A stretch of 64,000 nt of DNA, from the NCBI GenBank assembly GCA_945871905.1, contig CAMBXL010000004.1:132095-196094 (forward strand). The letters are read 5' to 3'. The notes below the pieces were generated by a model. That model worked only from the letters and a program-made list of their open reading frames with translations, had not been told where the DNA came from and made no database searches. Within the stretch, counting starts at the first letter, position 1; every line of letters begins with the position of its first letter. Source of the stretch: Chitinophaga pinensis. Lineage in GTDB: Bacteria; Bacteroidota; Bacteroidia; NS11-12g; UBA955. A program made the position numbers and the translations under genes. Below are positions 20,238-31,700 of the stretch, piece by piece.

Positions 20238-20334
20238 ATTAATAACAAAGATATTTTAACTCATACTATGTTTATTAACAATTTATTGTCAGCCTTTTTT
20301 ATTCCAAATATTTCAATAATTTTGTATTCCATTT

Positions 20335-22812
20335 ATGTTTTGTAAAAAATTTGTTTTCATCTCTGTTTTCCTGCTTAATGGTTTACTTACTAATCATTTA
20401 TTTTCCCAAAATTTTACAATATCAGGTTTTGTGACAAATGAACAAACAGGTGATATAATAGTAGGTGCATACGTCTTTTGTCCACAAATTGGGGTGGGTG
20501 CCATCACTAATAATTACGGCTATTACGCCCTAAATATTCCCTACGGAACCAAAAACATCATGTATGTCCATGAAGATTATCAAGGCATTATAGATACCTT
20601 AGTCGTCAATAGAAACAAAACAATCAACAGGTCATTGTTACTTTTAGAAGAAGACATGAATCAAATTGACCCTTTTGACAATCCTACCTCTGACACTGAA
20701 TTTGAAACATCTGAAAATGAGAATGACACGTTTAAGGTCAAGCGAATTGTAATTAAAAATTCAGAATCTATCAATGCATTAATTCAAAAAGTTTTAGAAA
20801 CTAATTTCAAAACGATTGACCGCACAGAAAATGGTTTTATAAATATATCGGGGCAACAAATAAACAGTATGCCCTCTTTAGGGGGTGAAATTGATGTGAC
20901 TCGTTCTGTAAAATTTTTACCTGGTGTAATGCCCGGAACAGAACTCAACAATGGCATGTATATACGAGGAGGTAGTCAAGATCAAAATTTGGTGTTGATG
21001 GATGGTGTTCCTGTTTATAACATGAACCACTTGTATGGTTTTTATTCTATTTTCAACTCTGAAACAGTAAACAGTATTAACGTTACCAAAAGTGGCTTTT
21101 CTGCCAAAAATGGTGGTCGTTTATCTGGCATTACAGATGTAGTAACAAAAGAAGGAAATACAGACAGAGTTAGAGGAATATACTTAAATAGTTTGGTGGC
21201 TTTAACACTTGATGTATATGGCCCATTGAGTAAAGATGGAAGAACAACCTTTGCTATTTCAGGGAAACGTTCTCATTGGGATTTATTCACCCGTGGGTTT
21301 TCTGGTGATTCTAATAAAATATGGTTTACTTTTTATGACTTTAACACCAAAATAAGTCATCGTTTTAATGAAAGAAGCAAACTAATTGTGAGTTTTTATA
21401 GTGGTAGAGACCGTTTGTACACACTAAACCAATCTACCGAGGATAACAATGGAACTAGGGTTTACAACCGATTTGATATTGACCTAAGATGGGGAAATTT
21501 AATTGGTTCTGTTAAATGGAATAGAACCCACAATCAAAAATTGTTTTCAAGTTTATCGTTCAATTACAGTCAATATGAGGCAAACTTTGGTTTAAGTATT
21601 ATTTCGGTTATTGATAGTTTAATGTTTAACGACAAAGCCGAATTTCAATATAAATACCGCAATTTCATTAGAGACATCAACCCAAAATGGGATTTTGAAT
21701 ACACATTGGATAAAAAGAATACCATCCATTTTGGTGCCTCAGCTTCCTTGAAACAGTTTTTGCCAAGCAGAGATGAAATTAATTATTATTTTAATGATAT
21801 TTTAGAACGACAAACGATTGATGGATTTGAACGAAGTATTAGAAATTTTGAATTAGCAGCCTATGCTGAAGACCATATCAATGTTGACCAAAATACTAAA
21901 ATGTCGGTTGGAATGCGTTTGGTTAATTATGTCTACAATTCAAAGGTTTTTATAATGCCTGAACCTCGTTTGTCATATAACAAAAAAATTCAAAATAAAT
22001 ACTCCATTAAAGCCAGTTATTCAATGATGCATCAACCCTTGCACATGATGGCAAACAATTTAAATTCGGTATTCACCGACCGTTGGTTGCCAGCAACTGA
22101 CCGTATTAAACCACAAAGGTCACAACAAATCTCTCTTGGAATAGCACAAGCATTTAGAAACAATGTGGAACTAACCTTTGACGGATACTACAAATGGCTT
22201 GACAGAGTTTTAGAAACCAAAGAGGGATTAAGCTCTTCTGGTTCTGTTGCAACTGCAAAAAATTGGGAAGATGAAGTAATTTTAGGAACAGGATGGTGTT
22301 ATGGATTTGAAGGGATGTTGCACAAAAGAAAGGGAAATACAAGCGGTTGGATTGGTTATAATTTATCTTGGGCCAAAAGAAACACTCCGGGTGTAAACAA
22401 TGGCAATGATTATTACTTCCAATTTGACAGACGCCATTATATTAACATTGTTCTTCAACATCGCATCGATGATTATTATAAATTTAACATCAACATGGTT
22501 TTCTCAACAGGCAATGTTCAGTCCATTCCAACAGGCAAATACATTGGAAATAACGGTAGAATCATTTATGAATATACCGAAAGAAATAATTTCCGTTTAC
22601 CTTTCACTCTCCGATTTGACATTGGTTTAGACAAAATAAAATCTGACGATATTTTCAATGAATCTGGCTTTAGATTCTCTATTTACAATGTTATGGCTCG
22701 AAACAATCCTGTTTTCATCTACATAGACAATCAAGATGTAACTCAACCAGTGGCCAAACAAAGAAGCTATTTAATGTTTATTCCGGGTCTTACTTATTAT
22801 ATCAAATTTTAA
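20335..22812 (+). CDS. TonB-dependent receptor with N-terminal carboxypeptidase-regulatory-like domain
   Basis: TISGFV..GD..GA.V, TNNYGYY, plug LPGV..IRGG..DQNLVLMDGVPVYN..H, GGRLS and C-terminal YYIKF. Confidence 0.9.
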   Translation: MFCKKFVFISVFLLNGLLTNHLFSQNFTISGFVTNEQTGDIIVGAYVFCPQIGVGAITNNYGYYALNIPYGTKNIMYVHEDYQGIIDTLVVNRNKTINRSLLLLEEDMNQIDPFDNPTSDTEFETSENENDTFKVKRIVIKNSESINALIQKVLETNFKTIDRTENGFINISGQQINSMPSLGGEIDVTRSVKFLPGVMPGTELNNGMYIRGGSQDQNLVLMDGVPVYNMNHLYGFYSIFNSETVNSINVTKSGFSAKNGGRLSGITDVVTKEGNTDRVRGIYLNSLVALTLDVYGPLSKDGRTTFAISGKRSHWDLFTRGFSGDSNKIWFTFYDFNTKISHRFNERSKLIVSFYSGRDRLYTLNQSTEDNNGTRVYNRFDIDLRWGNLIGSVKWNRTHNQKLFSSLSFNYSQYEANFGLSIISVIDSLMFNDKAEFQYKYRNFIRDINPKWDFEYTLDKKNTIHFGASASLKQFLPSRDEINYYFNDILERQTIDGFERSIRNFELAAYAEDHINVDQNTKMSVGMRLVNYVYNSKVFIMPEPRLSYNKKIQNKYSIKASYSMMHQPLHMMANNLNSVFTDRWLPATDRIKPQRSQQISLGIAQAFRNNVELTFDGYYKWLDRVLETKEGLSSSGSVATAKNWEDEVILGTGWCYGFEGMLHKRKGNTSGWIGYNLSWAKRNTPGVNNGNDYYFQFDRRHYINIVLQHRIDDYYKFNINMVFSTGNVQSIPTGKYIGNNGRIIYEYTERNNFRLPFTLRFDIGLDKIKSDDIFNESGFRFSIYNVMARNNPVFIYIDNQDVTQPVAKQRSYLMFIPGLTYYIKF

Positions 22813-22816
22813 AAAA

Positions 22817-23677
22817 ATGAAAACCGTTTATTTCAAAACAACTTTATTTATACTAATTTCCTTGTTTGTAACATCTTGTGAAAAGGAAGTAGAACTGAAC
22901 TTGCCTCCCTACAAATCAAAAATTGTACTAATTGGCGAATTCAATAATTTCGAAACCATGTCTGTAAATGTGGGAAGAAGTATTCCTGTATTAACGCCTG
23001 TTGACACAACAGGATTTGCCTTAGAAAATGTTACAATCAAATTTTATGAGGGAAATACTCTTTTAGGTAATGGCAGTTTTTTCAATAATCAATATGTATT
23101 TAACTGGAGACCTGAGGCTGGCAAAACCTATACTATTGAAGCTTCACACCCAGATTTCACTTCAGTAAAAGCTACTGTCAAAATGCCAAATGCTGTTGCT
23201 TTTTCAAGTTCTTACAAAGATTCAATAGGTATCGATGCTGAAGGATTAAACATTGGGGAAATAACATTGAATATCAATGACAATAGAGCTGAAAAAAATT
23301 ATTACCAATTGCTTATTAGATATTATAATGCGTCAATTAATGAGTGGTTTCCTTTCGATTTTTCATCCAATGATATTGTTTTTCTTAACAACGAAAAATA
23401 TGACGATGGTAGTTATTTATTTGGTGACAAAACGTTCAACGGAACTCTAAAAACAATTAAGCTTAACGTCCCTTTTGGTTTGGCAATGGGAACCCCAAAA
23501 TTTGAAATTTCACTCAAAAGTATAGATGCTGTTTATTACGAATATATTCAAAAAACAAGTAGGGACGATCAAAACCTTAGTCAAGCTTTCTTAAATCCTG
23601 TTATTCTGAATTCTAACGTGGAAAACGGACTGGGATTTGTTGCAGGGGTTTTAAACCGCAGGGATACGATCAGATAA
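22817..23677 (+). CDS. DUF4249-family lipoprotein (TBDR partner)
   Basis: Lipobox TS-CEKE, P.AGKTY.I and C-terminal SNVENGLGF. Lies directly downstream of the TBDR. Confidence 0.82.
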   Translation: MKTVYFKTTLFILISLFVTSCEKEVELNLPPYKSKIVLIGEFNNFETMSVNVGRSIPVLTPVDTTGFALENVTIKFYEGNTLLGNGSFFNNQYVFNWRPEAGKTYTIEASHPDFTSVKATVKMPNAVAFSSSYKDSIGIDAEGLNIGEITLNINDNRAEKNYYQLLIRYYNASINEWFPFDFSSNDIVFLNNEKYDDGSYLFGDKTFNGTLKTIKLNVPFGLAMGTPKFEISLKSIDAVYYEYIQKTSRDDQNLSQAFLNPVILNSNVENGLGFVAGVLNRRDTIR

Positions 23678-23733
23678 ATGTCATTTTTTAAAAAATACAT
23701 ACTTAAATCACTAAAATTTCATTTTACAATCGC

Positions 23734-24753
23734 ATGAAATTTAACTTAACTTTGTTGATGATTTTAATCTGTGGTTCACTAACGGCTCAAGTTGGAGGCA
23801 AAGGAACGTATTCTTTTTTAAATATTCCCGTTTCTGCCAGAACTTTAGCTTTAGGTAGTAATTTTATTTCTTCTGATTATAATAATGATCCAAATTTAGC
23901 TTGGAATAATCCATCGATACTAAACCCTAAAATGCACCAACATGTTTCTGTTTCTTATCATAACTATGTAGCAGATATCAATTCAGGATTTTTTACTTAC
24001 GCTAGACATTTCAAAAACAAAGGAACCTTTAGTGTAGGTGTCAATTATTTGAGTATGGGCAAATTTGATGGTTACGACCCTGCAGGTATTTCTACAGGCA
24101 CTTTTACTGCAAACGACCAATGTTTCTATTTAGCCTATGGAAATCAACATAAAAAATGGAGTTATGGAGCCTCGTTAAAATACATCTATTCCATCTATGA
24201 AAGCTTTGTAAGTAGTGGAGTTTCTTCCGACCTCTCTGGAAGTTACAACGATACTAGCCGAAATTTAACTGTGACTTTATTTGGCAGAAATTTAGGCTAT
24301 CAAGTTATTCCATACAGCAACACAGACCGAGATTTATTGAAATCAGAATTGGCTATCTCTATTTCCAAAAAATTAGAACATTTGCCCTTTACCTATCACA
24401 TTGTTTTGCATAATTTACAATCCCCTGACTTTAGATATAATATTGAAAACACAGGTGTTAAAAATGAATTTGGCGAAAACAAAGTACAAACCATGACAAT
24501 GGGTGATAATATTTTAAGACATTTTGTTTTGGGTGGTGAACTTAATTTTTCCAAACATTTTGTATTCCGCTTTGGTTACGACCACATGAAAAGAAGAGAA
24601 TTAACTCAAGAACAAAGGAAAGGTACAAGCGGTTTCGGTTGGGGATTGGGAATTAAAATTAAGAAGTTCCATTTTTCTTACGGTAGCTCAACATTCTTCC
24701 CCGGAATTAATGCCAATCAATTTAGCTTAATGACCAATTTGTCTGAATTTTAA
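23734..24753 (+). CDS. porQ: Type IX secretion system protein PorQ
   Basis: Motifs QVGG..TYSFLNIPVSARTLALG, NP..LN, LEHLPF, LRHFVLGGE and FRFGYDH..RREL. Confidence 0.85.
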   Translation: MKFNLTLLMILICGSLTAQVGGKGTYSFLNIPVSARTLALGSNFISSDYNNDPNLAWNNPSILNPKMHQHVSVSYHNYVADINSGFFTYARHFKNKGTFSVGVNYLSMGKFDGYDPAGISTGTFTANDQCFYLAYGNQHKKWSYGASLKYIYSIYESFVSSGVSSDLSGSYNDTSRNLTVTLFGRNLGYQVIPYSNTDRDLLKSELAISISKKLEHLPFTYHIVLHNLQSPDFRYNIENTGVKNEFGENKVQTMTMGDNILRHFVLGGELNFSKHFVFRFGYDHMKRRELTQEQRKGTSGFGWGLGIKIKKFHFSYGSSTFFPGINANQFSLMTNLSEF

Positions 24754-24761
24754 GCTATGAA

Positions 24762-26527
24762 ATGGTAAAATTAAAATTCATATTAGCCTTAATTTTATTC
24801 ATTTTTATAGCTGATGCGTGCAAAAGACCAAGTAAATTAGACACTATTGTTGAAGATTTTGATGTTAATGAACTAAGGTCTGTAATAGAACTTGAACTTA
24901 AAAAAATTCCTACCCAATACAAATTTAAAGACACATTGATTGACTTTTATAGTCAAAATGAGTATTACCCGTTGTGGTTAGAGAAAATTAATGATTCGTT
25001 GTTTCGAGATACTTTAAATTAAATTGCAGAAGATTTGGTTTATGATGGCTTATTGAAAAAACATTACCATTTTCAAGTTGCACTTAAGCTTATTGACAGC
25101 TTTCAATCTAAGAAAACACCCTACGAAACTTTAGCCAAAATTGAAATTGCCATCAGCTCTTCTCTTATACAACTTTGGCACGACAAAGTATTGGGCAGAA
25201 CAAATCCTCAATTAATCTTTGGCAACAAATATACACTTCCCTATCCCAATCAACCTTTGTTTAATTTAATGAGTGTTTTGGATACTTTCAATGGTCTAAA
25301 TACAGTGTTAAACTATGTTCCGAATGATTACAATTATATCAACTTAAAAAATTTAATTAAGACCCAATATGTGAATATTTCTGGCGTTGAAACTCAAATA
25401 AACCCGAATGGTATAGGTAAAATCTCTTTGGGCGATTCTTCTCCATTAATACCTTCATTATTTAAACGATTAAAAGAATTGGAGTTCCTTTCGGATACCC
25501 TTCAACAAGAGAATGACAGTTTAAAATACACTCAAACACTCAAAAATGCATTGGTTGAATTTCAAAAACACATCAACATTAGTGATGACGGCGTAATAGG
25601 ATTAACACAACCATTAAAGCACTCAACTTTTCAAGAAATGAGAAACTTGATGAAATAAGGGCTAATTTAGAAAGAATAAGATGGATAGGTCAAAAGCCAA
25701 AACCACCTTACATTGAAGTTAATTTGCCTGAGTTTATGTTGTATATGCAAGATACTGCTGAGTTGAATGGAATGAAAATCTGCATTGGAAAAGGTAAAGA
25801 GAAAAATTACGAACAAAAAAAGATGGCATTTGAATTAAGTGGTCGCTATATTGACAAACCGCTCAATCATGAAACCCCTCAGATATATTCAAATGTAGAA
25901 TGGGTTATATTAAATCCCACTTGGACTGTTCCTTCTAGTATTGTAGGGCGCGAAATGTATACCCAAATCATAAGAGACCCCGGATATTTGGTTCGCAACA
26001 ACTACCAAGTATATTCTAATGAAAAATTAATTGACCCCTATTCAATCAATTGGCGCAAATACAAACCCGGAAATATTCCTTTTAAAATCAGACAAAGTGC
26101 TGGAGATGACAATGCATTAGGTAAAATTAAATTTACTTTCAAAAACGATTTCAGTATTTACATGCACGACACCCCGCTCAAAAGTAAGTTCAATCAGAAT
26201 AACAGAGCTGTGAGTCACGGTTGTGTTAGGTTAGAAAAACCAACTGAATTGGCAGAGTTTTTACTAAAATACAATAAGAAAAACACAAGTGATGATTTTT
26301 TAATCATGATTGGGCAATCACCCAAAGACAGCTTAAGAGCTTTAGAATGGGAGAAAGACAGTTTAAAAAATGATAAAATCATCAAAAAAACACATTCAAT
26401 AAGGGTTGAAAACAGACCAATAGTATGGTTCAACTACCGAACCATCATTTTTGAAAATGGCAAGGCTAGATATTTATTTGATTTATACGATAAAAATAGA
26501 CTTGTTGTTGATGAAATGAACAAATAA
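24762..26527 (+). pseudogene. L,D-transpeptidase (YcbB/LdtD-like lipoprotein) interrupted by an in-frame TAA (25020-25022) and a 1-nt frameshift near 25600
   Basis: ORFs 24762 and 25035 are in the same frame, separated by one stop. A frame shift restores DDGVIG..TTIKALN..IRANLERIRW..IEVNLPEF. The 3' part has NPTWTVP, NALG.IKF, IYMHDTP and RAVSHGCVRL. Confidence 0.8.
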
Positions 26528-26684
26528 AAAAAACAACATAGCTGATACTTTAATATTAGAACCCACATCAAACCATTGATTGAATAGGTATATTGATACA
26601 GGTTCAAATTTAAAAAACTAACTGTCAATAGATTATTTTAAAAAATTTTAATAATTGTGATAAAGCGATTATTATTGTAGTCAT

Positions 26685-28451
26685 ATGTCAAACAAAGAAT
26701 CTTGGGGCTCGCGTGTTGGTTTAATCCTTGCAATGGCGGGAAATGCGGTGGGCTTAGGTAACTTTTTACGTTTTCCTGTTCAGGCCATTCAAAATGGTGG
26801 AGGTGCATTTATTATTCCTTATTTGGTTTGTTTTTTATTAATGGGCTTGCCCTTGTTATACGTTGAATGGGCTATGGGCAGATTTGGAGGTAAAAGTAAA
26901 AACCACTCCACCCCATTTATTCTTGATAGTATGGACAAAAGAAAAATGTGGAAATACATTGGTGTATTTGGTATTTTCACTAATATCGCTGTTGCCGCCT
27001 ACTATTGTTATTTAGAAAGTTGGACATTGAGTTATGTATGGCATTCAATTAAAGGAAGTTTTGTAGGAAAAGACCAAATAGAAGTTGCTCAATTTTTCGG
27101 AAACTATATTTCACTAACCACCATAGAACCTATCATTTTTTGGATAATTTGTTTACTATTTAACACATGGATTTTGAGCAAAGGCCTAAGCGGTGGTGTT
27201 GAAAAAACTGCTAAAATTGGTATGCCATTATTGATTTTATTTGGTATAATCTTAGCCATTAAAGGAGTAACCCTTCAAGGTGGTGAGAATGGGGCTATCA
27301 ATGACGGAACAATTGGTTTAAATTACTTGTGGACCCCCGATTTTTCATCCATTTGGAATTTCAAAGTATGGTTAGCCGCTGCAGGTCAAATATTCTTTAC
27401 TCTTTCTTTAGGGATGGGAAGTATTCATTGCTATGCTTCTTATATCAATGAGCGCGATGACATTGCATTAAATTCACAGACGGCAGGATGGATGAATGAA
27501 TTTGTTGAAGTGGTTTTGGGTAGCTCAATATTAATTCCAATTGCAATTGGTTATTTAGGGGTTGACCAAGTGGTAGAAATGACAAAAACAGGCGGATTAG
27601 GATTAGGATTTAAAACATTACCATACTTGTTTCAACAATGGGGACCAATATTTAGTGTGTTAGCAGGTGTTATGTGGTTTGGATTGCTGTTTTTTGCAGG
27701 CATTACCTCTTCATTGGCAATGGGCACTCCGTGGATGGCTTTTTTAGAAGATGAGTTTGGTTGGAATAGAACAAAAGCAGCGTGGTCGTTTGGTCTTGTT
27801 GTTTTTGTTTTAGGACTTCCCACTGTTTTGTTCTTCAACCAAGGTGTATTTGATGAATATGACTATTGGGCAGGAACCGTTTCTCTTGTAGTTTTTGCAT
27901 TAATTGAAATCATCTTGTTTTCATGGATTTTCGGTATTGACAAAGGATGGAGAGAAATAAATTTAGGATCGGATATTAAAGTCCCTTTGGCTTATAAATT
28001 TATCATTAAATACATTACTCCTGTTATTTTATCTGTCGTGTTTTTTGGTTCATTGCCTACCATTTGGAATGTTATTAATCACACTGAAGTAAAAACAGAA
28101 ATTGCTTATGCAAATAATCCAAGCTCACTATTAACTGAAATTGAGCAAATTAAACAAGATAAACTTCAACTTGTGTCAGATTCAATTGTGAATTTTGGTC
28201 AAGAAATTATGAATAATAAAACACTTACAAAAGACCAAAAAGCTGATATCTTTGCTGTAAGAAATAAACGCTCTACTTATGAAAAATACAGTTCAGAGGA
28301 TTTCAACAAACAAGCATTCATAAACGAACAAGAAAAAATAATGAAATTCAAAAACATCTCACGACCTTTTTTACTTGTTGTTTTTGCCTTAATTACCTTT
28401 ATGGTTCACCTTGCTAACAAAAAAAGAAAATTAAAAGCCTCAAATTCTTAA
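26685..28451 (+). CDS. Sodium-dependent transporter, NSS/SNF family
   Basis: Motifs WGSR.G.ILAMAGNAVGLGNFLRFP, NGGGAF, AAGQIFFTLSLG and FFAGITSS. Confidence 0.93.
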   Translation: MSNKESWGSRVGLILAMAGNAVGLGNFLRFPVQAIQNGGGAFIIPYLVCFLLMGLPLLYVEWAMGRFGGKSKNHSTPFILDSMDKRKMWKYIGVFGIFTNIAVAAYYCYLESWTLSYVWHSIKGSFVGKDQIEVAQFFGNYISLTTIEPIIFWIICLLFNTWILSKGLSGGVEKTAKIGMPLLILFGIILAIKGVTLQGGENGAINDGTIGLNYLWTPDFSSIWNFKVWLAAAGQIFFTLSLGMGSIHCYASYINERDDIALNSQTAGWMNEFVEVVLGSSILIPIAIGYLGVDQVVEMTKTGGLGLGFKTLPYLFQQWGPIFSVLAGVMWFGLLFFAGITSSLAMGTPWMAFLEDEFGWNRTKAAWSFGLVVFVLGLPTVLFFNQGVFDEYDYWAGTVSLVVFALIEIILFSWIFGIDKGWREINLGSDIKVPLAYKFIIKYITPVILSVVFFGSLPTIWNVINHTEVKTEIAYANNPSSLLTEIEQIKQDKLQLVSDSIVNFGQEIMNNKTLTKDQKADIFAVRNKRSTYEKYSSEDFNKQAFINEQEKIMKFKNISRPFLLVVFALITFMVHLANKKRKLKASNS

Positions 28452-28469
28452 TATTAATACCTAAATAAA

Positions 28470-28604
28470 ATGAATACTAGCGCATTAGCCATGATGATTA
28501 TTTCCATTGGAACTGTTACCTTTATGACTATTTATTACTTTGTTAAAGTGTTAAGAACTCCTGTTAAAAACCCTGAAAAACACAGTTACTCTGAAACAAA
28601 TTAA
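28470..28604 (+). CDS. 44-aa single-TM protein, putative MetS-like small subunit of the NSS transporter
   Basis: MNTSALAMMIISIGTVTFMTIYYFVKVLRTP..., ATG after an A-rich leader, 18 nt after the NSS stop. Absent from the ORF track (<60 aa). Confidence 0.72.
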   Translation: MNTSALAMMIISIGTVTFMTIYYFVKVLRTPVKNPEKHSYSETN

Positions 28605-28610
28605 TTCAAA

Positions 28611-28766
28611 ATGAAAGATTCCTTAAATCAAGTTACCGTAGGTCAATTTAAAACCAGTTTGATTCTCTCTGAAATTATTATTACAGCGATCGTTCTGTAT
28701 GGTTTCTTTTTAATCTTTAACAGATTCAACAAAAAGAACATTGAATTTAAAAAAAAATCAAACTAA
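28611..28766 (+). CDS. 51-aa single-TM hypothetical protein
   Basis: MKDSLNQVTVGQFKTSLILSEIIITAIVLYGFFLIFNRFNKKNIEFKKKSN. Starts 6 nt after the previous stop and fills the gap to the convergent tamB stop. Confidence 0.5.
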   Translation: MKDSLNQVTVGQFKTSLILSEIIITAIVLYGFFLIFNRFNKKNIEFKKKSN

Positions 28767-31700
28767 TTTTTAGCTGCTTTTTTCTTTTTCTTTCTGCTTC
28801 TGAATGAAATACTGTTAAACTCTTTAGTATAAACAACCCCTACGCCCGATGTAGTAATAGGATTGTTCAACGAAGTTGTATTCACTTGGTTAAAGTTTGA
28901 ACGTGTATATGCTTTTACTTTAATATTCCCTTTTTTCGTAACCTTATACTCAAAATTCAAGTTTGGCCTGTTGGTTAAATTACTAAAACTGCCATCAAAA
29001 CTTAGTCTGTCCTTGATAAATTTACTACTTAAAATAACCCCATATTCCAAAGGCAATGTTAAAGTCCCGTTTTTATAAATAAAGTTCACATTCCAATTGG
29101 GATCAATTTTATTCAACCAATTACTCAATTGTGCTGAAAGCAAATCACTACCCGCAGTTGACAAAGCTTGAGAACCAGCATTAGAAATTCCAATTGAATT
29201 TTCAGCAAACGTAGGAGGTAAAAATTGTTTCATAATTAATAAACTAAAGACCTGACGACTTACCTCGTCTTTGTCTGACTTTATTCTGCTAATAACGGAC
29301 TGAAGGGCGACATAATCGTCTTGTATTTCGTATTGTAATTTTGGGAAATTTAATCCAAAACTGATTTCAGGCGTGAATAAATTTCCTTTAAGGTACAACT
29401 CACTTTCTGCAGTTACCAAACGATTTGAATTAGAATTATTGGTTGACAATGAATTATTCAATGTCAATGCAATTTGCAGTGGATTAGGATTGGCTCGTTC
29501 TGAGTGAAATGCAACAAGGTCTAATTTTGCATCGAGAGGGTCGCCATACCAAGTAATTGTTCCACCCGGACGAATAAAAAATGGTTTATTGTATAAATCA
29601 AATGCAGTAAATAAATATTTTCCTTGAGCTACTTTATAGGTGCCAAACATATAGAAATCACCCGTTTTGTTCATCTCCATTCGGATGTTACCATTGCCAT
29701 TTCCTGTAATTTTATCTCCTAATGTTTCATCAAATATAATCTCCACATTGGCATCTGTATTGGCCTCTATATCTATAATCAATGAATTTAAAGGAAAATC
29801 ATTTACTTTTCTTTCGAAACGTTTTTTGGGAGTTTTAAAATGAACATAATTTGGCAAATCTGAAGCATCACCTTCATTAATAGGTAAATAAAAAGCAGTA
29901 TTAGGCATTGTTTTACCACTTATTTTAATGTCCATTTGATTAAATGGTCCTGTTAATGAAGCATTTCCAGACATAAAACCCTTTCCATAAAACAATGAAT
30001 TATCGGCAGATGTGGTATTCAAAACCTGAAAATTGTCGAGGTCTTTTAAAAATAAATTCAACTTAAAGTCTGACAAATGTTGATGGGTTATTGAACCATT
30101 CACCTTACCTTTACCACCCTTAGGGTCATTTATTGGAAATTCAGGTATGAGAAACCGATTGTCCTCAACCAATATCTCTGCATTAAATGCAATGGGTACT
30201 TTCAAATAATCAACAAGTACTTGCGCATTATTTAAAATTACTTTTCCATTCAATTGAGGCTCAGAGAATTTCCCTGTAATTAACAAACTGTCTTTAATCA
30301 TTAATGATCCTTTAAATTGACTTAAGATACCTTTCATAAATGGTTCGAAAACTTTTAAATTGGTTTCTGGCAAATGTGCATGGAGCTTCAAATTATTTTT
30401 ATCACTAAAATAATCTACATCACCTTCAATTCTCAAATTATTAAGCAACCCCTCTTTTACTTTTATTTGTAAATGTTGCGGTTCACGCAATCCCCTGTTC
30501 TCTGTTAACACCAATAAATTTCCGAAAGTGTCATTGGCATAAGAAAATTCATTAATAGTTAAATCTGAATAATAAATCGGTAATTTTTCTTTTTTCTGAT
30601 ACGTAATAAATCCGTTAGTAATACCTCCGAATTTCTCAATATCAGGATCTTTTACAAAATTGTTTATAATGTCTAAATTGAAATTCTCTAATGATAAATT
30701 CATTGCATTGAAACTTTTTTCACCGTAAGAACCTCTCATTTCCAATGCTTCTATCGCATTCATTATTTTAAATTTTTGTAGGTAAAAACCCGATGAAACA
30801 AAATAGGCCTCACTTGTCTCTTGCAGTGACCACAATTTGTTATTAATCATTAGGTCTGATTTCAAAAGGGATAGTTGGATTGAATCAGTGTAGAAGTTGA
30901 AAATTCCATTTGAATATAAATCAATATTCCAAGTTGTGTCCTTCGCTCTTAAATTAAAATCAATGGTGTTGTCATATATATTCGACACCAATTGAATGTC
31001 TTTTATCGTTACAATACTTTGACTCAAAATCCCTTTACAGTCGACTTTTACATTTAGTTTTTCATTTTCATTTTTAAGTGCATTTAGAAAAATTTGATTC
31101 AGTTTAATGTCCTTATAAAACACCTCCTTGTTCTGTGTCACCAATTTTAGTTCATTTTTTCTGGAATGATAATACCCAGAAATATTAAAGGGTTGCATAC
31201 TGAAATCAGGCCAATACAAGGCGGTGATTTGATTAGGTTTTTTTATGTCAAACGAAAAATCAATGTCTTCATTCGGCGATTTTTGTTGTGGTTTTTTTAT
31301 ATAAGCAGGCAAAAGTTCATGTGCAAATTGCATCAATGAAATATCTAATTCCGAAAGTTTATAATCTCCTACAATATGTAAATCAAACAAATCGGAAAGA
31401 CAATGTATCTCTCGTTTTCCCAAAATCTCATCCGATGTTAGTAACAATTCCGGAATGTCAACTTGCACGTTATTTCTCGAAATACTTAAATTTTGAGCCA
31501 CTATTTTGCCTTGTGCATTGTCGATATTACGACCAGTGAAGTCAAAATCAAAATCTCCTCTTATAATTTGATTAACGAAGTCTAACCCTATTGACGCTAA
31601 ATTAAAATGATTGATTTGCGCTTTAAAGTCTGCTTTCGGAATATTATTCACCGTTTGGAACAAACCATCAAAAACCATGTCTAAATCAGGGTCTTTTACC

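Noticed and set aside
25020-25022. Stop-codon reassignment or readthrough of TAA
   Set aside because: TAA terminates most genes in the window at their expected C-termini, and the same gene also carries a frameshift.
26530-26680. Riboswitch or operator upstream of the NSS transporter
   Set aside because: Only a weak TATTGA..TCAATA inverted repeat in AT-rich DNA is present, with no recognisable aptamer consensus.
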